Virus record (IMG/VR): IMGVR_UViG_3300045988_091501
Location: 46,226 to 110,225 of that record
Origin: a virus
Direction: 5' to 3' (one strand)
DNA length: 64,000 bases
In this document: positions 36,490-43,902 of the stretch, one piece after another
How the letters are laid out: each line of letters starts with the position of its first letter
Position numbering within the stretch: the stretch's first letter is position 1
Position numbers and translations under genes: made by a program
Notes under the pieces: model-generated
What the model was told of the DNA's origin: nothing
The model's input: the letters and a program-made list of their open reading frames with translations, nothing else
The model's database searches: none

Positions 36490-37533
36490 TTATACTTCTA
36501 CATTTCTCTCTCTTGCAAAAGCAACTAGGTTATTATAAATTGTTTCCAACTCAACCAATTGACTGTCTTTTGCTTCTGAAATTCTTACACCCTCTCCAAG
36601 TTGTTTATAAATAATATCCTCTACTTCTTCTGGATATAGTTCAAACAATGCAGTTACATAGGGCTCAATACAATCTAAGTAATCTTGCTTGGTATATCCA
36701 TTGGAATCCATTGTAAATGATACTAAATCAGCACCATAATTTTCAGCAGACCTCTTTTGTGCTTCTTTCATAGCTTCAATTAAATTCTCTGCTGTAAATG
36801 GATTGATAACAGGCTGAATATCAAACCTAGAACCAGCATAATATTCGGCAGTTTCATGTGCATATGCAGTAGACATAATTGTTTTTCCAGTTGTTTCGTC
36901 AACTCCGTTGCCCTTAATATAAAATCTGAAATCGCACATATCCTTTAAAAACCTAGCCGAATCTTTTACAGAATTAGAACCTTTTGGAACAATTTTAAAT
37001 ACACCATTTCCAACAGCTTTAATCTTACCATTTACTACTTGTTGTTCTTTGATTTCAACGAACTCTTCGTGCATAATAAAGATAACAGTATAACCACAAG
37101 AACATAATTTATTTACATCCGCTTTAAATGCTGTTCTATATAAAGCATACCCATTAGGCATATCTGATTGACCATTCATTTCACTTACATCTCTTACACC
37201 ATATTCCCTTGCAGTTGCAGTAGCATAGATTTCAATAATGTCTGTTGCAGTATCAATTACAATAGTTTGAAATTTTTCTTTCATTTGACCGAGGGTTTTT
37301 TCATCTGTTAATTGTTTAACTACGTCTACAAAATCTTTCTTTTGTTTAATAGGAATTTTATACCCCTTAATAGCTGTACCACCAGCTTCTCCCATTAATA
37401 ATAATGGCTTTGGAAATCTCATAGCTTGAGGTGTTTTCCCAAGGGTATTTCCACCATAAATAAGTATCTTCAAGCCTTCAATTCCATAAGATACTCCACT
37501 CTCTTCCAAACCTAATAAGTTTAAATTTGCCAT
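36490..37533 (-). CDS. AAA_24 / Sak4-like recombination ATPase
   Basis: KILIYGGNTLGKT P-loop, PLLLMGEAGG, IVIDTATD. Confidence 0.5.
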   Translation of the reverse strand: MANLNLLGLEESGVSYGIEGLKILIYGGNTLGKTPQAMRFPKPLLLMGEAGGTAIKGYKIPIKQKKDFVDVVKQLTDEKTLGQMKEKFQTIVIDTATDIIEIYATATAREYGVRDVSEMNGQSDMPNGYALYRTAFKADVNKLCSCGYTVIFIMHEEFVEIKEQQVVNGKIKAVGNGVFKIVPKGSNSVKDSARFLKDMCDFRFYIKGNGVDETTGKTIMSTAYAHETAEYYAGSRFDIQPVINPFTAENLIEAMKEAQKRSAENYGADLVSFTMDSNGYTKQDYLDCIEPYVTALFELYPEEVEDIIYKQLGEGVRISEAKDSQLVELETIYNNLVAFARERNVEV

Positions 37534-37578
37534 CTTCTATTTACCTTTCTATATTCACTAATAATAATCAAATTCTCT

Positions 37579-37604
37579 AAAAGGGCAGACATTACATCTG
37601 CCCT
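37579..37604 (-). terminator. intrinsic terminator
   Basis: 8-bp stem AGGGCAGA / UCUGCCCU, 7-nt loop, short U-run. Confidence 0.5.
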
Positions 37605-37614
37605 ATATCTTATC

Positions 37615-38604
37615 TTAGAACGGAGACTTCTTTGTTGAAGAACCAAATGGATTAGCCTTTGTACCACTAGAACTTGCTCCCTTTGGAGAACTCTTAGGCT
37701 TATCCTTGTTCTCTTTAGCGGTTTTCACCATATTGTTAATCTTAATATCACGCTCATTTAATGCCTGTTTCATATCTTCGGGATTGATATAGTATTCATT
37801 TTCCTCATCGAACGCTTCATCACCACGGAATACACTATATTCAGTAACACTAAATCCACTTACCATGTGTGATTCTCTACGACCAAAACCACCAGTTGTA
37901 GGTTTCTTAACTCCTACTTGCTTAGTGATAATCTCATAATATAGCTTTACAGACTGACCAGCTTCATAGAATGAATTGAAATCATCTGCAAGATCAGACT
38001 CTACAATAAATGTGAAAGGTGTAGTTTCAGCGTTTCGATTAAATGTATAAAGCTCAACCTTTAGTCTACCTGTTTCTTCTGCGTCCTCACCCTTTGTTTC
38101 AGGGATAATACTGCGAATAATACCACTGATTTCACAGTCTGCACTGTCTTCTTTGGGAACACCAGTAGATGTAATTCTAAATCCATTCACTTGTGTAATA
38201 GACTTAAATTCATATGTGTCCTTATTAACGTATTCGTTCGCAGATAGGATTCCATCAATCTTAACTCTTGTAGGCACTTCCCCATCCTTTGCATTATTCT
38301 TAGGAATATAATTTTCAAGAACAGTCTTTAAGGACTTAAAATTCGGATTGTCAATAAGCTGTCCGTTCTCATCTAACTTCTTCTCACTTGCAGGGAAGAA
38401 ATCTACACCAATCGCATTTCCCTTTACATCTACAAGGAACATAGGGTTCTTAAATTCCTTCTTTGCCATCTGTTGACAAGTTACCTTCTTTTCAACTCCG
38501 TTTGCTCCCTTTAAGGTAACTTCCTTTGTAATCTCTTCAAGATTCATTTCAAGTAATTCACCAATAACCTGCGTATTGTTAATACTAGCCTTAATTTCAC
38601 TCAT
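37615..38604 (-). CDS. putative ssDNA-binding protein
   Basis: 329 aa, adjacent to the Sak4-like gene. Disordered G/S/K tail ending in ..KKSPF. No strong motif. Confidence 0.35.
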   Translation of the reverse strand: MSEIKASINNTQVIGELLEMNLEEITKEVTLKGANGVEKKVTCQQMAKKEFKNPMFLVDVKGNAIGVDFFPASEKKLDENGQLIDNPNFKSLKTVLENYIPKNNAKDGEVPTRVKIDGILSANEYVNKDTYEFKSITQVNGFRITSTGVPKEDSADCEISGIIRSIIPETKGEDAEETGRLKVELYTFNRNAETTPFTFIVESDLADDFNSFYEAGQSVKLYYEIITKQVGVKKPTTGGFGRRESHMVSGFSVTEYSVFRGDEAFDEENEYYINPEDMKQALNERDIKINNMVKTAKENKDKPKSSPKGASSSGTKANPFGSSTKKSPF

Positions 38605-38715
38605 TTTAATTCTAATTCCTTTCTTCTCTTAAACTTTTTAATATGTACTTATCTATAATATCACTCCGAAGAGATAATAAAATAAATGTATAATTTAATC
38701 TAAGTCATCTCACCC

Positions 38716-38973
38716 TTAGTCATTCACTGTCTTACCATTTGCAACTTTTTCAATTACATCTTTATTCTTTAAGTTGTTTTTAATAAACTCTTTTAATTCT
38801 TCCATTGTACAACCATTGTTAATTTTGTCAAGATATAATTGACTAGCAGTTTCAAAACCAATAACCATATTCTTGATAAAGTTCTCTTTTAAACTACTTT
38901 CATAGTGATTAACAATGTTTGCCATTGCTTGTTTCTTTGTTGGTTTCTTTGATTGTTTACTTTGCATAGCCAT
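38716..38973 (-). CDS. hypothetical protein (85 aa)
   Basis: Start MAMQSKQSKK was chosen because the longer track ORF overlaps 38957-39271. Confidence 0.5.
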   Translation of the reverse strand: MAMQSKQSKKPTKKQAMANIVNHYESSLKENFIKNMVIGFETASQLYLDKINNGCTMEELKEFIKNNLKNKDVIEKVANGKTVND

Positions 38974-39271
38974 AATATTCAAACTCCCCTCTGTCACATA
39001 CTGGACATAACCAAGCTGTAAACCATTCTTTATTATTATACTCCAATTCAGTATGAGTCTCGCAATAATTATAAGGTTGCAGTTTTGCGCTACACTCAAT
39101 ACAATATTGTTCTTTATTAAACCAATCAAGAATTACTTGTTTCATTTTATCATCATTTGTCGTGTGATACAAGTAAAATAACATATCCTTAATCAATTCT
39201 TTCCCATCTGTGCCATCACGATAATAATGTTCGTTGATCGTTTCTACAATTTCTAATGCAAAATTTTCCAT
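38957..39271 (-). CDS. Cys-rich hypothetical protein
   Basis: 104 aa with AAAGGAGG RBS. CIEC and CPVC pairs. Confidence 0.65.
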   Translation of the reverse strand: MENFALEIVETINEHYYRDGTDGKELIKDMLFYLYHTTNDDKMKQVILDWFNKEQYCIECSAKLQPYNYCETHTELEYNNKEWFTAWLCPVCDRGEFEYYGYAK

Positions 39272-39293
39272 ATAATCCTCCTTTATATTTATT

Positions 39294-39389
39294 AGATTGA
39301 GAGATTTATCGGAGTCCCAATATCTAGGACTCCTACAAACGGAGGTAAAAAATGAATAAAAACATTAGAATCCCGATAAATCTCTCAAT
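39294..39389 (-). repeat. 18-bp perfect inverted repeat enclosing a 60-nt structured core
   Basis: 39294-39311 gattgagagatttatcgg is the reverse complement of 39372-39389. Inner 7-bp hairpin ggagtcc / ggactcc at 39310-39332. Confidence 0.7.
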
Positions 39390-39395
39390 CATGTA

Positions 39396-39424
39396 TATTA
39401 TATCATATTATTTAGTTGGTGTCA
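39396..39424 (-). promoter_or_regulatory. consensus sigma-A promoter with its -35 inside the thyX-like coding end
   Basis: TTGACA-17-TGATATAAT. Confidence 0.7.
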
Positions 39425-40055
39425 AGCATAATTCTTTAAAATGTGGTAAAGTCTCAATCCAGCCACAAAAGTCTTGCCACTCTGGAAGCCTATGGAATCT
39501 TCTTTGTTGATAAATCGTCTTTAACTGCTGATAATTTGTAGTCATTCTTGCAGTTAAATACATACCACATGGATTGCTATAAAGAATTTCTAAATATTTT
39601 ACTTCAGCAATTTCTTGTAGCGGAAACTTATCTCCATCTTTTGCCACTTTAATCTTTTCTTGTAAGGCATTATAATCTTCAACTTTTTCTTTAATAACAT
39701 CAATACATCTTTGATCTGTATATCTAATGTATGCTTTATCTAAGTTAAACTTTGTAATCTTGTGCATTGTAGATTGACTTGATACAAAATCAATAAAATG
39801 ATAACGTTCTACTTCTACTGATAATTTAGGTGTAAACTTCCAATCAAATTGAACTACAACACCCTTTAGAAAATTATCGTGTCCAGTTCCAGTTTCAACA
39901 TTTCCAAGTTGCCTTGTTCTATCAGTGATTTCATATGTGCATTTATTAGTATCAATAGCCATAGGATATTTACTTGCTTTGATTGATTCATCAATACCAT
40001 ATACTTTAACATCACTAATTATATTTTTGAAATCTTCTAAACAAATTTCACTCAT
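39408..40055 (-). CDS. thyX: ThyX-family (flavin-dependent thymidylate synthase-like) protein, divergent motif
   Basis: GTGHDNFLKGVVVQF and VERYHFIDFVSSQS align to the ThyX GHE..F and RHR..S regions. RHR is replaced by RYH. ATG at 40055 lies 7 nt after GGAGG. Confidence 0.5.
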   Translation of the reverse strand: MSEICLEDFKNIISDVKVYGIDESIKASKYPMAIDTNKCTYEITDRTRQLGNVETGTGHDNFLKGVVVQFDWKFTPKLSVEVERYHFIDFVSSQSTMHKITKFNLDKAYIRYTDQRCIDVIKEKVEDYNALQEKIKVAKDGDKFPLQEIAEVKYLEILYSNPCGMYLTARMTTNYQQLKTIYQQRRFHRLPEWQDFCGWIETLPHFKELCLTPTK

Positions 40056-40180
40056 CAATCTTCCTCCACAATATCAACAATTCTACCATCATTCACAATC
40101 AATCTCTTACCATTTGCATAAAATCTCTCACAATCTTCTAATGTAATACTGTCTAAATCAATTACTTTGCTATAATCCAT
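40055..40180 (-). CDS. 41-aa hypothetical protein, absent from the ORF track
   Basis: AAGGAG RBS. Verified codon by codon. The stop codon shares one base (40055) with the thyX-like ATG. Confidence 0.5.
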   Translation of the reverse strand: MDYSKVIDLDSITLEDCERFYANGKRLIVNDGRIVDIVEED

Positions 40181-40189
40181 ATAATCTCC

Positions 40190-40873
40190 TTAATCAATCA
40201 ATTCAATTTCATCCCAACGCCAGCACAACTGTCCATTTTCTTTATCAATAGCGTTCATATATTTCTTGTCAAATGTAACTGAAAAGTAAAACCCTCTTTC
40301 TTTCATAGTACAATCATAATTAACAATTCCTTCTTTGCCAACATATTCGTCTAAACAAATATATTTATTTTTTCTATGTGGTTCAACATTGATAATACGA
40401 ACTCTTTGACCTTCCTTAATTGTTCTTCCAATTAGACCTCTGCCTTTTGTTGCAGTCTTATTAGTAAAATCCATTCTATCAATACAATTGTCAACAGCGG
40501 TCTTGAAATTAAAATCATCATATTTTTCATAACGTGATGTGTTTGATCTAGAAACTAATTTGTTATCAATATAATATTTTGCATTAGTATGTTTTCCGTC
40601 TTCACAAGTAATAATCAATTTGTAATTATGCGATGAATTTAATAATTCAATCATATTGCATGTATTTTTTTCAATACATTCACCGTGACCATCTTTAATG
40701 CCGTGACTACTACTACCCCAACCATTTACATCATTATCCCAGTTAATTATAACATTTCTTTCATTAAGGGCAACAACTGTACCTTTATCTCCTGCTTTAG
40801 TATCAAACCAAGTCTTTCCTGTTGCAACAATTCTGTCTCCTTCTTTTAAACTCATCAATTCTTTAAATGTCAT
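40190..40873 (-). CDS. hypothetical protein
   Basis: 227-aa ORF with AAAGGAGGA RBS. Confidence 0.7.
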   Translation of the reverse strand: MTFKELMSLKEGDRIVATGKTWFDTKAGDKGTVVALNERNVIINWDNDVNGWGSSSHGIKDGHGECIEKNTCNMIELLNSSHNYKLIITCEDGKHTNAKYYIDNKLVSRSNTSRYEKYDDFNFKTAVDNCIDRMDFTNKTATKGRGLIGRTIKEGQRVRIINVEPHRKNKYICLDEYVGKEGIVNYDCTMKERGFYFSVTFDKKYMNAIDKENGQLCWRWDEIELID

Positions 40874-41056
40874 TTCTTAATCCTCCTTTAATATAATTTT
40901 GTGCGTTAAGCTCCTTTTCTATTCCGCACATGTAGTCACACCCTTACTCTACTGACTACTCACCTCATCAAATGTTTTTAAGGTATAAACATTTCAAATT
41001 AAACTTCGCTTGTTAAAGTTTTGAGTCAATTAAAAGCTACGAAAAGTTTGACTTCA

Positions 41057-41148
41057 TTCATGCAATAGGAATCGAACCTATACCTCTCCTAGGAATTGTA
41101 TGCTCTGCCTTACTTACTTGGCATCTCCTAATATTACACCATACATGA
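41057..41148 (-). ncRNA. 92-nt tRNA-like RNA with aberrant anticodon region
   Basis: Acceptor TCATGTA / TGCATGA (one G-U). Canonical T-arm ATAGG-TTCGATT-CCTAT. The only central helix is TGCC-N9/10-GGCA. No convincing D-arm. Confidence 0.35.
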
Positions 41149-41292
41149 ACTTTAATTATTATCTCGGTTTAATCGACCTCACCTTAAACGGGGTTGTTCA
41201 TCAACTCACATGGAACAGTTCTACCAAATTAAGCTATTGCTTGTTTAACGATACAAGCTACCTCCAACTGCCAAGTCATAACATATAGCCAT

Positions 41293-41370
41293 GGTGCATT
41301 GTAGGACTCTAACCTACATTTCTCTTATAGCGAGCGTCTTTATTAGACTAAATACCTATATGTTTCGCAC
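41293..41370 (-). ncRNA. weak tRNA-like element
   Basis: T-arm-like GTAGG-TTAGAGT-CCTAC. The acceptor has only 5 of 7 pairs. Stem GTCT / AGAC carries a 5-nt loop. Confidence 0.2.
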
Positions 41371-41396
41371 TGTCTGTGTACTTTAGACGGTGATAG

Positions 41397-41466
41397 TTGG
41401 TTAATTTGGAATTGAACCAAAATTTCCTTTATTAAAAAGGCGTACTTACGTTTATACTATTAACCA
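41397..41466 (-). tRNA. 70-nt tRNA-like gene with non-canonical anticodon loop
   Basis: Perfect acceptor TGGTTAA / TTAACCA. D-stem GTAT / GTAC with no GG in its loop. Stem CCTTT / AAAGG leaves only the 5-nt loop TTAAT. T-arm TTTGG-TTCAATT-CCAAA. Confidence 0.45.
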
Positions 41467-41561
41467 ATTTATATATTTATCTATAATCTTTTGAATGATT
41501 CGGCATATAAATACATTTGTACCCATTAAGTAACATTTTGTGTTTCCTTTCTTAAATAAAA

Positions 41562-41649
41562 TACGCACTCCGAGAATCGAACTCGGCTTTACCTTGTTAG
41601 GGCTTACGATTTATAAGATCGTGGCTCTTACCTACTGAGCTAAGTGCGC
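41562..41649 (-). tRNA. tRNA with anticodon UAU and a 19-nt variable region
   Basis: GCGCACT-TA-GCTC-AGTAGGTAA-GAGC-C-ACGAT-CTTATAA-ATCGT-AAGCCCTAACAAGGTAAAG-CCGAG-TTCGATT-CTCGG-AGTGCGT-A. Confidence 0.7.
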
Positions 41650-41755
41650 ATGTGAGGTTTGTAGCTTTCACTACCATGTTTTATTTTCGATGGGCTAGAC
41701 CTCAAAGTAACCATCTAGTTAGGAGCGACCTAACAACTTCTTGCTTTATATATGT

Positions 41756-41784
41756 ATTATACCACACATATTAACATTTGTCAA
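41756..41784 (-). promoter_or_regulatory. consensus sigma-A promoter upstream of the tRNA-like cluster
   Basis: TTGACA-17-TGGTATAAT. Confidence 0.75.
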
Positions 41785-41937
41785 CTACTTTTTTACAGAA
41801 ACATGATAACCTTGACTTTCATAATTCTTCTTGGCTGTGTCCTTGTCAGAACTCTTAATAGTAACTTCAAACATCTCTACAATTCCATTGTCAAGTTCTT
41901 TTCTACAAATTAAAACGCTTCTTCCTTGCTTTTTCAT
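41785..41937 (-). CDS. 50-aa hypothetical protein, absent from the ORF track
   Basis: AAAGGAG RBS. MKKQGRSVLICRKELDNGIVEMFEV... The stop codon abuts the -35 of the tRNA promoter. Confidence 0.55.
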   Translation of the reverse strand: MKKQGRSVLICRKELDNGIVEMFEVTIKSSDKDTAKKNYESQGYHVSVKK

Positions 41938-41968
41938 TATTCTTATCTCCTTTCTTAACTATATATGT

Positions 41969-41997
41969 ATTATACCATATATTATATCAAAAGTCAA
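41969..41997 (-). promoter_or_regulatory. near-consensus sigma-A promoter
   Basis: TTGACT-17-TGGTATAAT. The -35 overlaps the stop of 41994-42467. Confidence 0.7.
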
Positions 41998-42467
41998 CCA
42001 TTATTTTTATTAAATGGAATAAATGTTTCATAATAATTCTTGCATACATAAACATCATATTCTTCATCTTCATCAAGTTTGAACACAAATACCATAGTGT
42101 TACCACTTCCAGTAAATCTACACCAATCGTTTTCATCATTAGGGTCAAATTTTTCAATACATTCTTTTACCCACTTATTAATTGTGTCATCATCAATATG
42201 TACCCCATTATTAAACGAATAGTAATGTGTTGGAAATTCTACATTGTCTTTAGTCAGCGGAAAATAATCAGCTAATTCATCAGCATATGTTTCTTCTCCA
42301 CAACAAGGACATACTACATATCCAGCTCCATATGTTCCAACTTGAATATCATCATCTTCTACTTCAAGTTCAGAGCCACAATGCTCACAAGTAATTTTAT
42401 AAGTTTTTGGTTTAGATTCGTCTTGTTTCTGTGTTACATGATTATACTTATCCTTTAATACTATCAT
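41994..42467 (-). CDS. zinc-ribbon hypothetical protein
   Basis: 157 aa with CEHCGS..CPCCGE. Confidence 0.65.
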   Translation of the reverse strand: MIVLKDKYNHVTQKQDESKPKTYKITCEHCGSELEVEDDDIQVGTYGAGYVVCPCCGEETYADELADYFPLTKDNVEFPTHYYSFNNGVHIDDDTINKWVKECIEKFDPNDENDWCRFTGSGNTMVFVFKLDEDEEYDVYVCKNYYETFIPFNKNNG

Positions 42468-42850
42468 TATTTTTGCTCCTTTCTTTGCTCCTTATATTGA
42501 TAAATACATTCTCTTGCAATCATAGGAATGTTAGGCTTTGCTTGCATATAACAATCCCATTTTTCTAATTTATTGCAATCTTTTTCAAATGCGTCACCTA
42601 CTGCAATTTCATATTCACATCTGCTCCATTCTTGCCATTGAATTATTCTTTCAATCTCTTTACATAGTCCTTCAAATCCATATAAAGTATCTTCACCATA
42701 TCTTTCATATTTATAGTTCTTAGGAGAACGTAAATATTTCTTAATAGTCTTTTCAGTGTACTCTTGAACATAACAATTTCTAAAAATATTGAATGGTTCA
42801 ATTTTATTTGTGCTTTGATTATAATTCAATACATAATATTCAAATTTCAT
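42467..42850 (-). CDS. hypothetical protein
   Basis: 127-aa ORF. Confidence 0.65.
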   Translation of the reverse strand: MKFEYYVLNYNQSTNKIEPFNIFRNCYVQEYTEKTIKKYLRSPKNYKYERYGEDTLYGFEGLCKEIERIIQWQEWSRCEYEIAVGDAFEKDCNKLEKWDCYMQAKPNIPMIARECIYQYKEQRKEQK

Positions 42851-42854
42851 ATCA

Positions 42855-43658
42855 TCACCTAAGCTTTACTAAATGTTCATTTACAACAGTCCAACAATTA
42901 GGTTTAATCTTCATATCCTTAATCCACTGTTCTACACATTTGTCAATCCGATTGGCAAGTTCTAATTCTTGTTCTCTTGTAATTTCAAAACTTTCACTTA
43001 CTTCTCCACACTCACCATACAAACTATCATACATAGATTCAATAATTTCTTCTTCATTACTGTCCCATGACAATACTGGTTTTTCACAAGTTCCTACATA
43101 TATTTCTTCACAAATATCTTCAACACATTCTTTAGCATCTTCAATAGTCTCTTGTTCTGTATCGAAACTACCATTATAATATTCACCATCAGAAGACCAA
43201 CAGTATTTTGTCTTATCTATTTTATCAATCCAATATGGAGGAATATCATCACAATCATCTTCATCAAGCCAACCTCCAAATTCTTGAGCAATTCCTTTCA
43301 TAATTTCAACTGATTTACCATAACAACTTAAATTTAAAAATGTAGTTTCTGATTTAACCATATCTTCAAGATTATACTTACTATAATATTCTAAATTTTC
43401 ATAAAAGTTGATATTTTTATATTCATAAAACATAGCTCTGTTTTCATTACCATCATTAAATGTAATAAATCCACTTGTTATTTTCCATTCATTACTATCA
43501 TCATATTTTTCTTTAATGTCACTTAAAAACTGATTTACAGAACCATAATTTTTTTCATGAATTCCATCATTGATTAATTTATAATGCTCATCAATATAAT
43601 CAACAATCTGTTCTGCTGTAATGTGTCCTTTTAATCTTAAAATTGTATCACAACCCAT
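42855..43658 (-). CDS. hypothetical protein
   Basis: 267-aa ORF. Confidence 0.7.
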   Translation of the reverse strand: MGCDTILRLKGHITAEQIVDYIDEHYKLINDGIHEKNYGSVNQFLSDIKEKYDDSNEWKITSGFITFNDGNENRAMFYEYKNINFYENLEYYSKYNLEDMVKSETTFLNLSCYGKSVEIMKGIAQEFGGWLDEDDCDDIPPYWIDKIDKTKYCWSSDGEYYNGSFDTEQETIEDAKECVEDICEEIYVGTCEKPVLSWDSNEEEIIESMYDSLYGECGEVSESFEITREQELELANRIDKCVEQWIKDMKIKPNCWTVVNEHLVKLR

Positions 43659-43668
43659 AATCTCGCTC

Positions 43669-43890
43669 CTATTCTACAACCAATTTAACATCCCCAATAA
43701 CAGGTTCAATATCATATGAATTAACATCTTTGTAATATTGATCTTCTTCTAAATCATATAGAATTGGATTTTCTCCATCAATATCTGTTAAATAAATTCC
43801 ATAATAACATGGCATTAATCCTTTATTATTGTATTTTACAAGTATTCCACTTTTAATTTTTTCTGTTTTTGTATTAAATTCTACTTCCAT
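43669..43890 (-). CDS. hypothetical protein
   Basis: 73-aa ORF. Confidence 0.6.
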   Translation of the reverse strand: MEVEFNTKTEKIKSGILVKYNNKGLMPCYYGIYLTDIDGENPILYDLEEDQYYKDVNSYDIEPVIGDVKLVVE

Positions 43891-43902
43891 ATCTGCTCCT
43901 TT

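Noticed and set aside
39351-39509. A + strand 52-aa ORF with a good GGAGG-N6-ATG, antisense to the thyX-like 3' end (possible type I toxin).
   Set aside because: It is the only + strand candidate in 45 kb of minus-strand genes. The peptide is not convincingly hydrophobic. The SD-like GGAGG is the complement of the ACCUCC string within the leader core enclosed by the inverted repeat.
41161-41260. A fifth tRNA suggested by the D-arm-like string TAGCTTAATTTGGTAGAAC.
   Set aside because: I could find no T-arm or matching acceptor stem. The adjacent helix GTTC / GAAC would leave a 13-nt loop, and the nearby hairpin GTTTAA-N11-TTAAAC is not a T-arm.
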